From: Eledone cirrhosa
Taxonomy: Eukaryota
Assembly: GCA_964016885.1 (NCBI GenBank)
Contig: OZ024743.1
Location: forward strand, 81,096,001 to 81,160,000
Reading direction: 5' to 3'
DNA: 64,000 bases
Both the position numbers and the translations under genes were made by a program. Below the pieces are notes generated by a model, which was not told the origin of the DNA, ran no database searches, and was given only the letters and a program-made list of their open reading frames with translations. Position 1 is the first letter of the stretch. Every line of letters starts with the position of its first letter. Shown here one piece after another: positions 1-13,119 of this stretch.

Positions 1-57
<57 letters not shown>

Positions 58-157
58 TACATACATGCATATATATATATACATACATAAATGCATATAT
101 ATACATACATATATATATACATACATACATATATATATACATACATACATATATATT

Positions 158-188
<31 letters not shown>

Positions 189-189
<1 letters not shown>

Positions 190-386
190 ACAAAGGAATT
201 GTGGTAAGGAACCAGATGGACCAATAACGCACCAGAGTACTCAATACTTAGGGTAGTAGAGTGGGAAATAGGAAAAAGTATCACCCCGACGGCAGAGCTC
301 AAGCCGTTTCGACGGCTAGTTCTGGAGTCCAGAAATAGCCGTCGAAAAGGCTTGAGCTCTACCGTCGGGGTCATACTTTTTCCTAT
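189..386 (-). mobile_element. Short fold-back element between (TA)n tracts (family A), probably a Penelope-like pLTR 3' fragment
   Basis: Inverted arms 268-326 and 328-386. The minus strand reads GAAACggc-N9-gccGTC, the 3' half of a hammerhead. Homologous copies at 20563, 47731, 52328 and, more diverged, 63790. Confidence 0.7.
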
Positions 387-395
387 ATATATATA

Positions 396-2960
396 CATGG
401 AGGCTATGGGTTTGGTACTAGAAATGAGGAAGGCTCCAGAATCCTGGAATTCTGTGACGCAAATAACCTAACTATCTGTAACACTAACTTCAAAAAACGT
501 GACAATCACCTGATCACCTATAGATCGGGGGAACACACAAGCCAGGTAGATTATATCCTTACCAGAAGACGTGACAGAGTGTCTGTTGTAAACACTAAAT
601 CCCTCCCCCATGAAGAATGCACCTCCCAACATAGACTGATAATTAGCGACCTAATAGTCAGGACGAGACGTACTAGACAGCAGAAGTGGACTATCCTCAG
701 GAGAAAAATATGGAAGCTAAATGACCCCACAGCCAGAAATAAATTTAAAAGCATACTACTTGATGCTTTCGACAGTAAGGAAGAGCAATTAGAGTCGTAC
801 AATATAGAGGAACAGTGGGAATTCCTGAAAGCAAACCTGCTGATGGCGGCAGACGAAGTCTGTGGCTGGAGCAGGCCTGTAGGCAGGAGGAGAGTAACGT
901 GGTGGTGGAACAGTAAGGTAGAGGGGTCAATTAAGGTCAAAAAGCAGGCTTGGAAAGTATGGCTGGATGGGGGAAGTAGAGAAGACTATCAAGTGGCAAG
1001 GAGAGAAGCTAGGAGACAAGTGTACTTCGCAAGAAGGGAAGCAGAGGAAAGAAAGTTCAAGCATGTTCTACAACGCGAGGACCAAAAACGTGAGGTGTTC
1101 AGGATTGCTAGGCAATGTGTCAAGGAAAACCGTGATATTGTCGGGGAGAAGTGTGTATTTAATGATGACGGCGTACTTGCCATCACCGACACTGATAAGA
1201 AGGTAGCTTGGAAGTGTCACTACGAAAGGCTACTAAATGAGGAGAATAAATGGGAGAAAGACAGTCTCCCCCACATCGACCCAATAGAGGGACCAGCAGT
1301 GTTAGTCGAGGGCAGTATAATAAGTAAGGCAATCAAAGATATGAAGACGGGTAAGGCGGCTGGGCCTTCGGAAATAGTTGCTGAGATGCTGAAGGCATCT
1401 GGTACGGTGGGACACACCATGGTCACCCGGATAATTAAGCAAGTCGTACAGAATGGGGTTGTTCCGAAGGACTGGCGTAGCAGCATCATTGTTAACTGTT
1501 ATAAGGGTAAAGGAGATGCCCTAGATAGGAGTAACTATAGAGGCATTAAATTAATCGACCAGGTCATGAAGGTCACGGAAAAAGTAATAGCGCAACTAAT
1601 CAGAGAGAGAATTGATCTAGATGAAATGCAGTTCGGATTTGTGTCAGGCAAAAGTACCACAGACGCTCTTTTCATTGTACGACAACTACAGGAGAAGTAC
1701 CTAGCTAAAAGTAAACCCCTATACTTAGCTTTTGTCGACTTGGAGAAAGTCTTCGACAGAGTCCCCCGTTCCATTAACTGGTGGGCTCTTAGAAAACTAG
1801 GTGTTGACGAATGGCTTGTGAGAGCTATACAAGCCATGTATAAAGAAACAGTCAGCAAGGTTAGAATTAACAACGAATATAGTGAAGAGTTTAGCGTAAA
1901 AGTTGGTGTTCATCAGGGCTCTGTTCTCAGCCCCCTACTATTTATTATTGCCCTTCAGGCTATAACAGAGGAGTTCAAGCCCGGCTGCCCATGGGAACTC
2001 CTATACGCAGATGACCTAACACTCATAGCTGAATCAATGGCCGAGCTAGAGAAGAAATTCCAAACATGGAAGCACGGCCTAGAATCAAAAGGCCTTAAAA
2101 TTAACCTGGCTAAGACTAAAGTTCTAGTTTGTAAGAAAGAAAATAAGGCGGCGGTCCCTTCCGGGAAGTGGCCATGCTCAGTGTGTAGGAAAGGCGTAGG
2201 TAGAAACTCCATTTTATGTCCCAAATGCAAAGTATGGGTGCATAAAAGATATAGTGGGATCACAGGTAAGCTAACTAAGAACATAGATTTTACATGTGGC
2301 CGGTGCTCTGGTGCAATAAGTAGCAGCAAGTGCGCACAAAATACTAGCTCTTTCAACTGTGCAGAGGGTTCTATAGAAATAGTGGACAGCTTCCGTTACC
2401 TGGGTGACAAAATCAGCAGTGGGGGAGGGTGCTCTGAAAGTACAGTAGCTAGAGTCAGAACTGGATGGAAAAAGTTCAGAGAGCTTATACCACTATTAGC
2501 CACTAAAGGGTTCTCCCTAAAAATGAAAGGCAGGTTGTATGATGCCTGCATACGAACAGCAATGTTGCATGGCAGTGAGACCTGGGCATTGTGTGCAGAG
2601 GATATACGCAGACTAGAGAGGAACGAAGCTTGCATGCTCCGCTGGATGTGTAATAGTAATACACGTGAACGGCAAAGCATAAACGAACTAAGGAAAAAAT
2701 TAGAAATAAGAGGGATCAGATGTTGTTTACTCGAGAGAAGGCTACGTTGGTATGGTCACGTGATGCGCATGAAAGACGATAACTGTATAACAAAGTGCAG
2801 GGCAATAAAGATAGACGGTAGCCACGGAGTAGGCAGACCCAGAAAAACCTGGGACGAGCTGATAAATTCCGACCTCACACACTTACACCTCTCCAAGACA
2901 ATGTCACTGGACCGAGACCTTTGGCGGTACTCAGTAATAGAGAAGACCCACCTTACCTAA
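396..2960 (+). CDS. RTE ORF: partial AP endonuclease + reverse transcriptase with a PHD-like insertion; no start codon (truncated)
   Basis: ORF track 579..2960 extends in frame to 396 without stops. Motifs include [41 protein letters not shown] (YADD at 2004-2015), [15 protein letters not shown] and GRPRKTW. Confidence 0.92.
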   Translation, partial: HGGYGFGTRNEEGSRILEFCDANNLTICNTNFKKRDNHLITYRSGEHTSQVDYILTRRRDRVSVVNTKSLPHEECTSQHRLIISDLIVRTRRTRQQKWTILRRKIWKLNDPTARNKFKSILLDAFDSKEEQLESYNIEEQWEFLKANLLMAADEVCGWSRPVGRRRVTWWWNSKVEGSIKVKKQAWKVWLDGGSREDYQVARREARRQVYFARREAEERKFKHVLQREDQKREVFRIARQCVKENRDIVGEKCVFNDDGVLAITDTDKKVAWKCHYERLLNEENKWEKDSLPHIDPIEGPAVLVEGSIISKAIKDMKTGKAAGPSEIVAEMLKASGTVGHTMVTRIIKQVVQNGVVPKDWRSSIIVNCYKGKGDALDRSNYRGIKLIDQVMKVTEKVIAQLIRERIDLDEMQFGFVSGKSTTDALFIVRQLQEKYLAKSKPLYLAFVDLEKVFDRVPRSINWWALRKLGVDEWLVRAIQAMYKETVSKVRINNEYSEEFSVKVGVHQGSVLSPLLFIIALQAITEEFKPGCPWELLYADDLTLIAESMAELEKKFQTWKHGLESKGLKINLAKTKVLVCKKENKAAVPSGKWPCSVCRKGVGRNSILCPKCKVWVHKRYSGITGKLTKNIDFTCGRCSGAISSSKCAQNTSSFNCAEGSIEIVDSFRYLGDKISSGGGCSESTVARVRTGWKKFRELIPLLATKGFSLKMKGRLYDACIRTAMLHGSETWALCAEDIRRLERNEACMLRWMCNSNTRERQSINELRKKLEIRGIRCCLLERRLRWYGHVMRMKDDNCITKCRAIKIDGSHGVGRPRKTWDELINSDLTHLHLSKTMSLDRDLWRYSVIEKTHLT

Positions 2961-3345
2961 ATACAAAGTAAAACCTACTACAGTCAGTAGGCACCTCTAA
3001 CAAAATACCCCCCCCCCCCACCCCAACCGCCACGCCCCTTTCAATGTAAAGTTATGTTGGTGCCACAACATCCAGGCCGAAACAAATGAGATTGTGTAGG
3101 TGTCACGACAAAAAAACACACAGTCCACGCTGTAATGTGGCCATGTAGGCAACACGGTAAAAACCTCCCAGCCCCACACTGTAAATGTGGTTGGTGTTAG
3201 GAAGGGCATCCAGCTGTAGAAAACCCGCCAGACAGTCCTATGCGAGCAAGACAATCACTCTTGCCTCAAGTGGGAAAACCCCCGTCCAAACCCATGCAAG
3301 CGTGGAACACGGACGTTAAACGTTGATGATGATGATGATGATGAT
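396..3345 (+). mobile_element. RTE-clade LINE, 5'-truncated
   Basis: Open frame from 396 ([13 protein letters not shown]...NTNFKK...ITY...QVDYIL, the C-terminal part of an APE endonuclease) runs into the RT. The 3' UTR ends in a (GAT)n tail at 3325-3345. Confidence 0.93.
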
Positions 3346-3489
3346 ATACATAATATAAGGTTCACGCACCATGAACGTTCTACCATTGGTTTCGGTGCCC
3401 AGTGATGGCCACCACTATATAATGGAGGAGGTACTTTTAAATTGGCCAGTCATTCAGGCACGTGCACAAAAGTATGAAAAGGGAAGTTG

Positions 3490-4133
<644 letters not shown>

Positions 4134-5408
4134 GTGGGAGGTCATTTTGACAATATACGTAATCTCTTTAACCAACATAACCTAAAAATTGAATTTGATA
4201 ACAGCATCAAACTAGCTAATTTCTTGGATGTATCTCTTAATCTTGACACTGGCCTATATTACCCTTACCATAAAAACAATGAGAACCTAAATTATGTTAA
4301 CTTTAAATCTAACCATCCTACTAATATCAAGAATGCTATAGTTAGTAATATTGGAAAAAGAATATCTTCTAATAAAAACATATTTGATGCTAACGCCAAT
4401 TACTATAATAACGCGCTTTCTAAAGCCGGCTATCCTGATAAAATCAAATATAGTAAAGAAACAAATTCTAGAAGAACTTACAGTAGAATAATTAATCATG
4501 ATCATTCCAATAACTTTAATAAAAGACCTAGATACAAAAACATAATCTGGTATAATGCTCCTTTCTCCATCTCTATTAATAACAATATTCCTAAATTATT
4601 CTTTAGTGCCTTAAATAAATGCTTACCTCCCTCACATATCTATAGTAAAATATTTAACAAACACACTATAACATTTTCCTATTCTACATCCTCCAACATT
4701 TCCAACATTATCTCTAAACACAACAATAAAATACTAAATACTAAATCTCTTCCTTCCAACACTGAATATCATAATAATAGTAATAGTACTCCCGACGTCA
4801 TTGTAAACCCTAGGCTAATTTCTACAAACCCAAATACAACGTCAAACACAACTTCGCTAAATGTTCTTAATCCCATTCTAAATCAAGAAACTATTATTCC
4901 TATCGCAAATAACTTCTCCAATCCAATTCCTTCTATAGATAACACTAGGTCACTCATTAATAATCTCTCTAATCGCAATTGCAATTGCCCTATTAAAAAT
5001 AAATGTCCTCTCAACAACCATTGTCTTGATAAAAACTTAATTTACGAATGTAAAGTTATAACTGACACCAATTCCTTCACCTATTTTGGCTCCACTTCCA
5101 CCTCTTTTAAAGCTCGTCTTTATAACCATCATTCGTCTTTTAAATACAAACTTAAAAGAACCAACACGGCTCTCTCAGAACTCATATGGTCCTTGAAAGA
5201 CAAAAATATTAAATATAACATCTTTTGGAAGAAGGTTTCTTCTGCGTCTTTATACTTGAACAGTTCTCTATCCAAAATTTGCAATTTCTGTCTAAATGAA
5301 AAATTTACCATTATATCTAATTTAGATTCTATAATAAATAGACGCACTGACTTGTTTTCTATCTGCTTGAATAAATTCCATAAAACATTCCATAAAGTAT
5401 ACAGCTAA
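4134..5408 (+). CDS. Penelope-like polyprotein C-terminal part (RT thumb, CxCx5C linker, GIY-YIG endonuclease)
   Basis: NFLDVSLNL...YYPYHK...YVNFKSNHP; IIWYNAPFS; KIFNKHTITFSYS; CNCPIKNKCPL; LIYECKV...YFGSTSTSFKARLYNH; CNFCLNEK. The N-terminus is a truncation, not a true start. Confidence 0.85.
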   Translation: MGGHFDNIRNLFNQHNLKIEFDNSIKLANFLDVSLNLDTGLYYPYHKNNENLNYVNFKSNHPTNIKNAIVSNIGKRISSNKNIFDANANYYNNALSKAGYPDKIKYSKETNSRRTYSRIINHDHSNNFNKRPRYKNIIWYNAPFSISINNNIPKLFFSALNKCLPPSHIYSKIFNKHTITFSYSTSSNISNIISKHNNKILNTKSLPSNTEYHNNSNSTPDVIVNPRLISTNPNTTSNTTSLNVLNPILNQETIIPIANNFSNPIPSIDNTRSLINNLSNRNCNCPIKNKCPLNNHCLDKNLIYECKVITDTNSFTYFGSTSTSFKARLYNHHSSFKYKLKRTNTALSELIWSLKDKNIKYNIFWKKVSSASLYLNSSLSKICNFCLNEKFTIISNLDSIINRRTDLFSICLNKFHKTFHKVYS

Positions 5409-6288
5409 TATTCTATTCTTTATCAATTTAGCATCTTTTTCTCAAAGGCTCATATATATATATATACACTTCTTTTAAAAATATACCCATCTTTCTACCT
5501 TATTTCAAAGGTTATTATACATTCTATAATACTCGTTACTCATTCTACATTTATCACTTCCCTTTCTTCTCTTTTTCTTTTAATGTCTAACCCCTAATCT
5601 GTACCTTTTCTCACTCTTGCCTAACATAGAATCAATTATTACATAATACAATACATTCTTACTCTATATCACCTTGTAAAAATCCTTCGTAAACATATAC
5701 ATTTTTTTGACGTTAGATTATTCATCCTCAATTCATTATTCTTTTCTCCCTTTCATCTAACTCATTCATGCTCATCTCACAATATATCATTACTTAAATA
5801 ACCGGTTGTTCCTTTTAATAATACATATCAACATTTTCTTAACATCGCACATATTATTAAACCCTTAAATATTATTCTTAATACATATTAACATTTTCTT
5901 TTCATCGCACATATTATCAAACCCCTCAATATACAAACCTTAACTTTACATTATTTTTCTCTTCGTTAATTTTCAAATTCTTTTAATTTATACATTATCT
6001 TCCAACGGTTTTCAACCTCTCTATGTAAAACAATATATCTTTCTCAGTTATAAAAGCTATCTCTCTCTCTCTCTATCACCCATCTCTCCTCCTATCTCAT
6101 CCTTCCTCATTATACTCCTCCCTCTCCACTTTTTACTCTCATCTCCTCCTCTTTTTCATCCTTTCCAACCCCCCCTCTAAATAAAATATTTTTCCCAATA
6201 TCACACATCAATCTAAAACTACTTCTCATATGTTGATTTAAAACTGAACTATCCACAAGTGTTTTTTAACCTTCATATCATGTCTTCC

Positions 6289-6359
6289 TGTTTTATCTGA
6301 TGAAAACACAAATATTATTGCATGATGATATTTGTTTTTGAAATGCGCATAATAAAATA
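6289..6359 (+). ncRNA. Minimal type I hammerhead ribozyme at the Penelope 3' end
   Basis: tgttttat-CTGATGA(6297)-about 12-bp stem II-GAAA(6340)-tgcgcat-A(6351)-ataaaata. Stem III is the palindrome atgcgcat. Confidence 0.8.
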
Positions 6360-6387
6360 CATGGAACTCTTTTAACCATCTTTTGTT

Positions 6388-6450
<63 letters not shown>

Positions 6451-6453
<3 letters not shown>

Positions 6454-6765
6454 GATTTCCATTATCAGCACAGGGCCAGAAATTCAGGGAGAGGGCAATG
6501 TCGACTAGATCAACTCCAGTGCGTGACCAGCATTTCATTTTATCGACCTCGTAAGGATGAAAGGCAACTCTAACGTTGGCGGGATTTGACCTTGGAATGT
6601 AAAAGTTACAACCCTTTATATTCTGAGTTCAAATTCTCTCGAGGTTTTATTAATTTTCATCCAAAAAAGTCCCAGTAATACACTGGAGTCGATTTAATCG
6701 ACTTTCACCTCTCATAAGAATTGTTGGCCTTGTGCCTAAATCAGAAACCATTATTATTATTATTA
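6451..6765. mobile_element. Two diverged partial SINE copies, head to head (6451-6605 -, 6606-6765 +)
   Basis: Similar to the family core ttctgagttcaaat...tttcatcc...gtcgataaaat...ggccttgtgcc. Confidence 0.6.
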
Positions 6766-6769
6766 AATT

Positions 6770-6976
6770 GGCGGTGATTGTCAGTATCGGTAGAGGGTCG
6801 GACGCCATGCTTTCTAGCATAGAGATACGGCCTTTGCCATTCTGAGTTCAAATCCCACCGAGGTTAACTTTGCCTTTCATCCTTACGGGGTCGATAACAT
6901 ATAGTACCAGTAATACACTGGGATAATTGCTGGCCTTGTGCCAAAAGTAGAAACAATTATTATTATTATTATTATT
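6770..6976 (+). mobile_element. tRNA-derived SINE (dominant family of the window)
   Basis: A-box-like cagtatcggtagag, B-box gagttcaaatccc, central gcctttcatccttacggggtcgataa domain (recalls Meta-type SINE domains), (ATT)n tail. Confidence 0.85.
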
Positions 6977-7568
6977 AATGATGATAGTTTTGACTTCCTT
7001 AGACAACATCAATGTTGCAAGGAATGTTTATCTTGAAATTTTAGAAGAGAAAAATAATTAATTAACAAACAGATCGTTATTAGACTTGTTTTACAGCTGT
7101 TTTGTAGGAGAGAGGTGAGGGAGAAGTAGAAAAGAACATGGTGTCTAAACTATAAAGTATATCGTTTGGCAGCAGAGAAAGGCAAGAAAAATTAATAAAT
7201 CAAGGGAGATAAGTGATGTCTAATTTTGTCTGAGCAGAAAGCTGGAGAGAAAATTGGTATTAAGAAGACTAAAAGTTTCGCAACAATCTTGGCACAGATG
7301 TTGTTTACCGTTAGTCTATAGATAGAATGTTAGTGGCTAACTGAATAAAATATCTTCCTTTAGGGCTGAGGATCAAGAGTTCTTATCGACTCGCTTACAA
7401 TTTACTCTGTCCTTGAATAAACTCAAATATAATTGCTTACATTTATCTACGACTGACTTAAATACGAAGGGTGTGGTAGATTTATGATCAATTAAATTGA
7501 GGTCGCTTTACGATTCTAATCTCTCTCCTCTCTCTTTCTCCCCCTATTTATCTGTCAACCATTCACTC

Positions 7569-7603
<35 letters not shown>

Positions 7604-7721
7604 TGTATGTATGTATGTATGTATGTATGTATGTATGTATGTATGTATCTTTGTATGTATGTATGTATGTATGTATGTATGTATGTATGTATGCATGTAT
7701 GTATGTATCTATCTATCTATT

Positions 7722-7866
7722 TGTAGCAAAGAGTTACGTCCCTTTATGATCTGAGTTCAAATCCCGCCGTCGTTAACATTGCCTTTCATCCTTACGGAGT
7801 CGATAAAATGAAGTACCAGTAATACACTGGGATAATTGCTGGCCTTGTGCCCAAAGTAGAAACAAT
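7722..7866 (+). mobile_element. SINE, 5'-truncated
   Basis: Aligns to the 3' two-thirds of the 6770 copy. Confidence 0.8.
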
Positions 7867-7886
7867 GCATTTAACTATCTATCTAA

Positions 7887-7949
<63 letters not shown>

Positions 7950-7990
7950 CCATCCCTCTTTACAAATCACTCAAATAGTAACATTATCCT

Positions 7991-8172
7991 TTGGCAGTAT
8001 CGGTAGAGGGTCGGGCGCCATACTTTGACGTCTAGAGTTACGGCCCTTGGCATTCTGAGTTCAAATCCCGCCGAGATTAACTTTGCCTTTCATACTTACG
8101 GGGTCGATAAAATAAAGTACCAGTAATGCACTGGGTAATTGCTGGCCTTGTGCCAAACGTAGAAACAATTAT
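7991..8172 (+). mobile_element. SINE
   Basis: Near full-length match to the 6770 copy. Confidence 0.85.
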
Positions 8173-8359
8173 CATAAAATGGAATTGTAAATTATATTTC
8201 TCGGGTGATTACGTAAATTAAAAACACACAGATATATATACTTGCACATACACATAGGGAAACACACACACAAACATACACACATACACTCACAAAGAAA
8301 AACACACAAACATACATATAAACCCTTAAACATAACTAATTCAAATGAAGACACACCAC

Positions 8360-8685
8360 AGAACAAAATGGCGTCACTAGAACAAAATGGCGTCATTAGA
8401 ACAAAATGGCGTCATTAGAAGAAAATGACGTCATTAGAATAAAAATGACGTCATTAGTACAAAATGGCGTCATTAGAACAAAATGGCGTCTTTACAACAA
8501 ATTGGCGTCATTAGTACAAAATGGCGTAAATAGAACAAAATGGTGTAACTAGAACAAAATGGCGTAACTAGAACAAAATGGCGTAACTAGAACAAAATGG
8601 CGTCATTAGAACAAAATGGCGTAACTAGTACAAAATGGTGTAAATAGAACAAAATGGCGTCATTGCAACAAAATGGTGTCACTAG
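8360..8685. repeat. 19-bp minisatellite, 17 copies (agaacaaaatggcgtcatt)
   Basis: Units counted directly. Confidence 0.95.
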
Positions 8686-9057
8686 TTTGTTTGAGGCAGT
8701 CACAAAGCACTCAATGGTGTGAAAAGTTAATCAATTTTCGTCCAGAGTAAACACAAAGTTAAGAAAGTGTGACAAAGAAAAAAGCGACCAAATGTAAGTG
8801 GCCATTTTATACCACATCAACGATATATACAAACAGGCCGAAGATATATATATATATATATATAAATAAATGTAAGTCCATAGAACCATTAGATAATAAA
8901 TATATACAATATTTCCTCTCCCAATCAGTATAAATTAACCACATAAAAATCATTTAAACGAGGCTATAAGTTTAAAATGTACTTATGAAGAAATAATAGA
9001 CAAATGATACAGATTATTTTCCGCGATGTACAGCTATATGACACTTATCTAATTATT

Positions 9058-9117
<60 letters not shown>

Positions 9118-9268
9118 AATAATTAGATGTGTCATATGGCTGTGCATATTCAAACGTATGTTATTACTCTAAGGACCTACCCTTATTGAGTGCTTTGCTA
9201 ACTCATTCCTATTGTAGGTCGACTTTGCTTGCCCACAGCCAAAGCTTCGATTTTACTAAGCTTCCACT

Positions 9269-9317
<49 letters not shown>

Positions 9318-9532
9318 TATATAATAAGTATATGGCAAATCAACAGAATTGTGAGAATGTGCTCTGATACATATCCCCGCTCTCTACACTCTGGATTCCT
9401 ATCACAGATATTTCAGCATATGTGGTATACTCAGACAGAGAAATCAATAACTTCTTATATATAGATTTTTAAAGTAAGTTATTTATGATTATAGTTTACT
9501 TGCATATAGTATAAGCATGATGGACTAGTATT

Positions 9533-9717
9533 GGGTTGGCAGTATTGGTAGAGGGTCGGACGCCATGCTTTCTAGCATAGTTACGTCCCTTTACAGTCTG
9601 AGTTCAAATCCCGCCGAGGTTAACTTTGCCTTTCATCCTTACGGGGTCGATAAAATAAAGTACCAGTAATATACTGGGTAATTGCTGGCCTTGTGCCTAA
9701 AGTAGAAACAATTAATT
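9533..9717 (+). mobile_element. SINE
   Basis: Full family match. Confidence 0.85.
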
Positions 9718-9729
9718 AGCGGTATTAAT

Positions 9730-9910
9730 AATTGGTTCTACTTTTGGCACAAGGCCAGCAATTACGCAGTACATTACTGGTACTTTATTTTATCGACCCC
9801 GTAAGGATGAAAAGCAAAGTTAACCGCGGCGCGATTTGAACTCAGAATGGCAAAGGCCGTAACTCTATGCGTCAAAGCATAGTCTCCGACCCTTTACCGA
9901 TACTGCCAAT
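9730..9910 (-). mobile_element. SINE, inverted relative to the 9533 copy
   Basis: Reverse-complement family match. Confidence 0.85.
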
Positions 9911-11082
9911 ACAGCGTGGTTCACAATAAAAACCTATATGTATCCACATAGAATATTTTAGTGTACAGTACACTTGTTATGTAAGTTGAAGACCTTGGAG
10001 AATCTGTTGGCTAGAGAAAGTTAATTGTTGAACTGACGGTGTTATGGTAACTCCATTGGTATAGGTGAGAGATAGATTTGTCATATATCTGTTAGTAGGT
10101 CTGTTGGTAGTTACTGGGTTAACAATTCAACTGATAAACACGACTGACATCACCTGCTGACTGAGTAGACTTCCGGTTGGAATTGTGATAAATTGTGACT
10201 TTGTGTGGTGTAGCGTGCTGAGGTTATTGTTGTTATTGTTGGTGTTGTCGGTATTGTCAATTTTATTGTAGTCTGTTGTTGTTTTCGTTGCTGTTTTTAT
10301 TGTAGCCGGTTGTTGTGTGTTGTTCTTGTTGTCCTTGTATTGTTTATTATTATTATTATTATTATTATGTTGTTCTTATTGTTGTTGTTGTTCCTTCCCT
10401 GACCAATCCAGCCAGAGATAGCCGATGTTCATCCGAGGCAATCACATTTTTTATTCATATCTCATTAATATATCACCACGGAGCAAAACAATGGAGTTTT
10501 GTTTTTTCCATCTTGGTTGTAACACTGCACTTGTTTTCTTTTAAAGAACATCTTAATCCTAGATTCGAAAAATATACGGACAAAATGTGCCGATGTTAGG
10601 GTTTGAGGGACATGCAACTGCAATCCCTAGCATTATAGGGTCTACGTTGCTGGTTAGTGTGTGTAGGTATGTGTAATGAATAATTTATTTGAAATGTTGT
10701 AAACTGACAAATATTATGTCCCTAAATACGTTGAACTTTTGTCAGAAATCCATTCTTCAACGTCGGGCTCATAGATCTGTTCAACATACTCTCTCCCAAC
10801 ATACCTGCTGTCTCCTCTCTTCCCCTCTCTCTACCGTTACTACAACGATCTCTGCTCCTCTAGTCTAGTTTCATACCATCATTATTCAGGCATCCCCAAC
10901 TCATTCGTCTATCTTCCACTCATCACTAACGTTGTACTCAACTCGCCAGGCCCCACCCTAACTACTCCAACAACCTCTTTCTGACCAGTCTTTCATCTCC
11001 AGAAGACTGACTCGGATAAACACTTTACTGAACAGACACAAATTTGTTGTTGTTGTTCTTGACGATATATATATAGAGAGAG

Positions 11083-11253
11083 ATGGCGGGTGTCCGGTGG
11101 GATCCAGCTAGGCTTGGCCTGGCCCAAGTGAGACCGGCGGAGAGAAACAAATGGATCGAGACGCTAAGGAGCGCTGTTAGCCAGGACCAACCCTTACTTA
11201 GGCATTACTTGTATCCTGCAAAATCAAAATCTAAATGATGATGATGATGCTGA

Positions 11254-11256
<3 letters not shown>
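11083..11256 (+). mobile_element. Possible LINE (RTE-like) 3' end fragment
   Basis: GC-richer insert after (TA/GA)n that ends in a (TGA)n tail. No clear protein motif. Confidence 0.3.
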
Positions 11257-11310
<54 letters not shown>

Positions 11311-11602
11311 TATATGTAGTAAGGTTGCTTGGATGCGTCCATAGGCGGTATGCCAGTTGAGCACTCTCTCTCTATATATATACTTAACAAAGAAACAAGT
11401 CACCAAGTTCAACAGTCAGTACATTATTTATTTGATCAACACATATATCTACGCACATGCGCATCGGTACACATTCGCACATACAGACAGACACATGCAC
11501 GACCCTATGGGGAAAGGAGGAGGTGAAATTGTCTGTATAGTGACTCAAGAAGATTCAACTTTGAGTACATATTATTTGCACCTGTGTGAAACCGTGATCA
11601 CA

Positions 11603-11711
<109 letters not shown>

Positions 11712-12137
11712 GCAGACAGACAGGCAGACAGATAGATAAACACGAAAAGGTAAAAAAATAGAAAGATGTGGAAATGAAATGAAGAAGCAACGTTATAGTG
11801 GTGTGAGGCTGTGAAGAAATCTTTCGATACAGCTGCGAAAAAATAAACGGAGTGTTTTTTAATGAAATGTTTTTTTAATGATGTTGAAAAATAAAGCAGC
11901 TCGCAAGAGAATTGGAAGATGGCGACGGGTATGATGATAAGGAATATGGTTAAACGTATGATATGGTGATATGAGTTTATAGGGTGAGGTGACAAGTGTT
12001 ATCTTATTTTCTCTGGTGAAGTTTTAATGAAACATTTTCTACACAATATATTCAATAACAATAATTTAACAATAATTATGAAGTTGATGGTAATGAGGAT
12101 AACGATGATGATGATTACAAATATAAAAAATACAATA

Positions 12138-12820
12138 AATATTGGTTTAAAATTAAGGACAGGAAAGGAAATTTGATTAAATCGACACCAATATTTCACT
12201 GGTACTTTATTTTAGTGACACCCAGAAAGATAAAAGAGCAAAGTTGACCTCGGAGAAAATTGTACTCCGAACGTAAAAACTGCTAGAAGAATTGCTGTAC
12301 ATAATTTCGCCCGACCCTCTACAGATTCTGCCAACCTCCCACAATTTATAAACAGATTAATTATAATAATTTGTTCTGCTTTTGGTACAAGGCCAGCAAT
12401 TATTCCAGTGTATTACTGGTACTTTATTTTATCGACCCTGTAAGCATGAAAGGCAAAGTTAACCTCGGCGGGATTTGGACTCTTCATAAAGATCTGTAAC
12501 TCTTCGCTGCAAAGCATGGCGTCAGACCCTCTACCGATACTGCCAATCCATGATATTAATAATAATGGCATAAGACCAACAATTTAGGGAGGGGAAGGGT
12601 GATTAAATCGACTCCAGTGCGTGACTGGTATTTTATTTTATGATATTAATAATAAGCCATTAACTCTGGGAGAAGGAAAATTCGATAATAACGTCCCCAA
12701 TACATGACTGGTACTACGTTGGACACAACCAAATTTTAAATCAGAACAGAAAGCTCTCTAACAAACTGACAGAAAACATTTGTTCGAGGCTCTACCAATT
12801 CTGCTAAACCACCGCCTTTA
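12138..12820 (-). mobile_element. Cluster of four co-oriented SINE copies (12138-12341, 12365-12550, 12560-12640, 12660-12820)
   Basis: Reverse-complement family matches; the 12365-12550 copy is the best preserved. Confidence 0.7.
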
Positions 12821-13119
12821 AATGAATTATAATAACTGATGTAGTATTTCGAAGGTTGGGCGTAGAACTGTTTTCCCACGAAATAATATCCGGCTTTCAA
12901 AGAGGTTCTTTAATTTTCGAAAAATTTCAAATCTTAGAAGAGAATATTGTTTAGAAGTTCATAATTGGAAATATATTTTATATACGAAAGCTGACAGCAG
13001 ATTATTTGAGGAGAGATACATCCATGGGTAGATAACTCTTGAAGGGGCTGTTGCGGTGGCATTTTAAAACTAGTGGCGTTCATTCCTCTCCAGGTCTGAA
13101 CGCAGGCGATTTCTTTCAG

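Larger units (their letters stand above)
4134..6390 (+). mobile_element. Penelope-like element (Naiad-like), 5'-truncated
   Basis: ORF with RT C-terminus and GIY-YIG endonuclease, long pyrimidine-rich 3' UTR, hammerhead at 6289-6359, then AATAAA and a junction to (TA)n at about 6390. Confidence 0.85.

Noticed and set aside
4134-5408. Selenoprotein-type Naiad (UGA at Cys positions plus SECIS)
   Set aside because: No in-frame TGA in the retained ORF; the conserved cysteines use normal codons.
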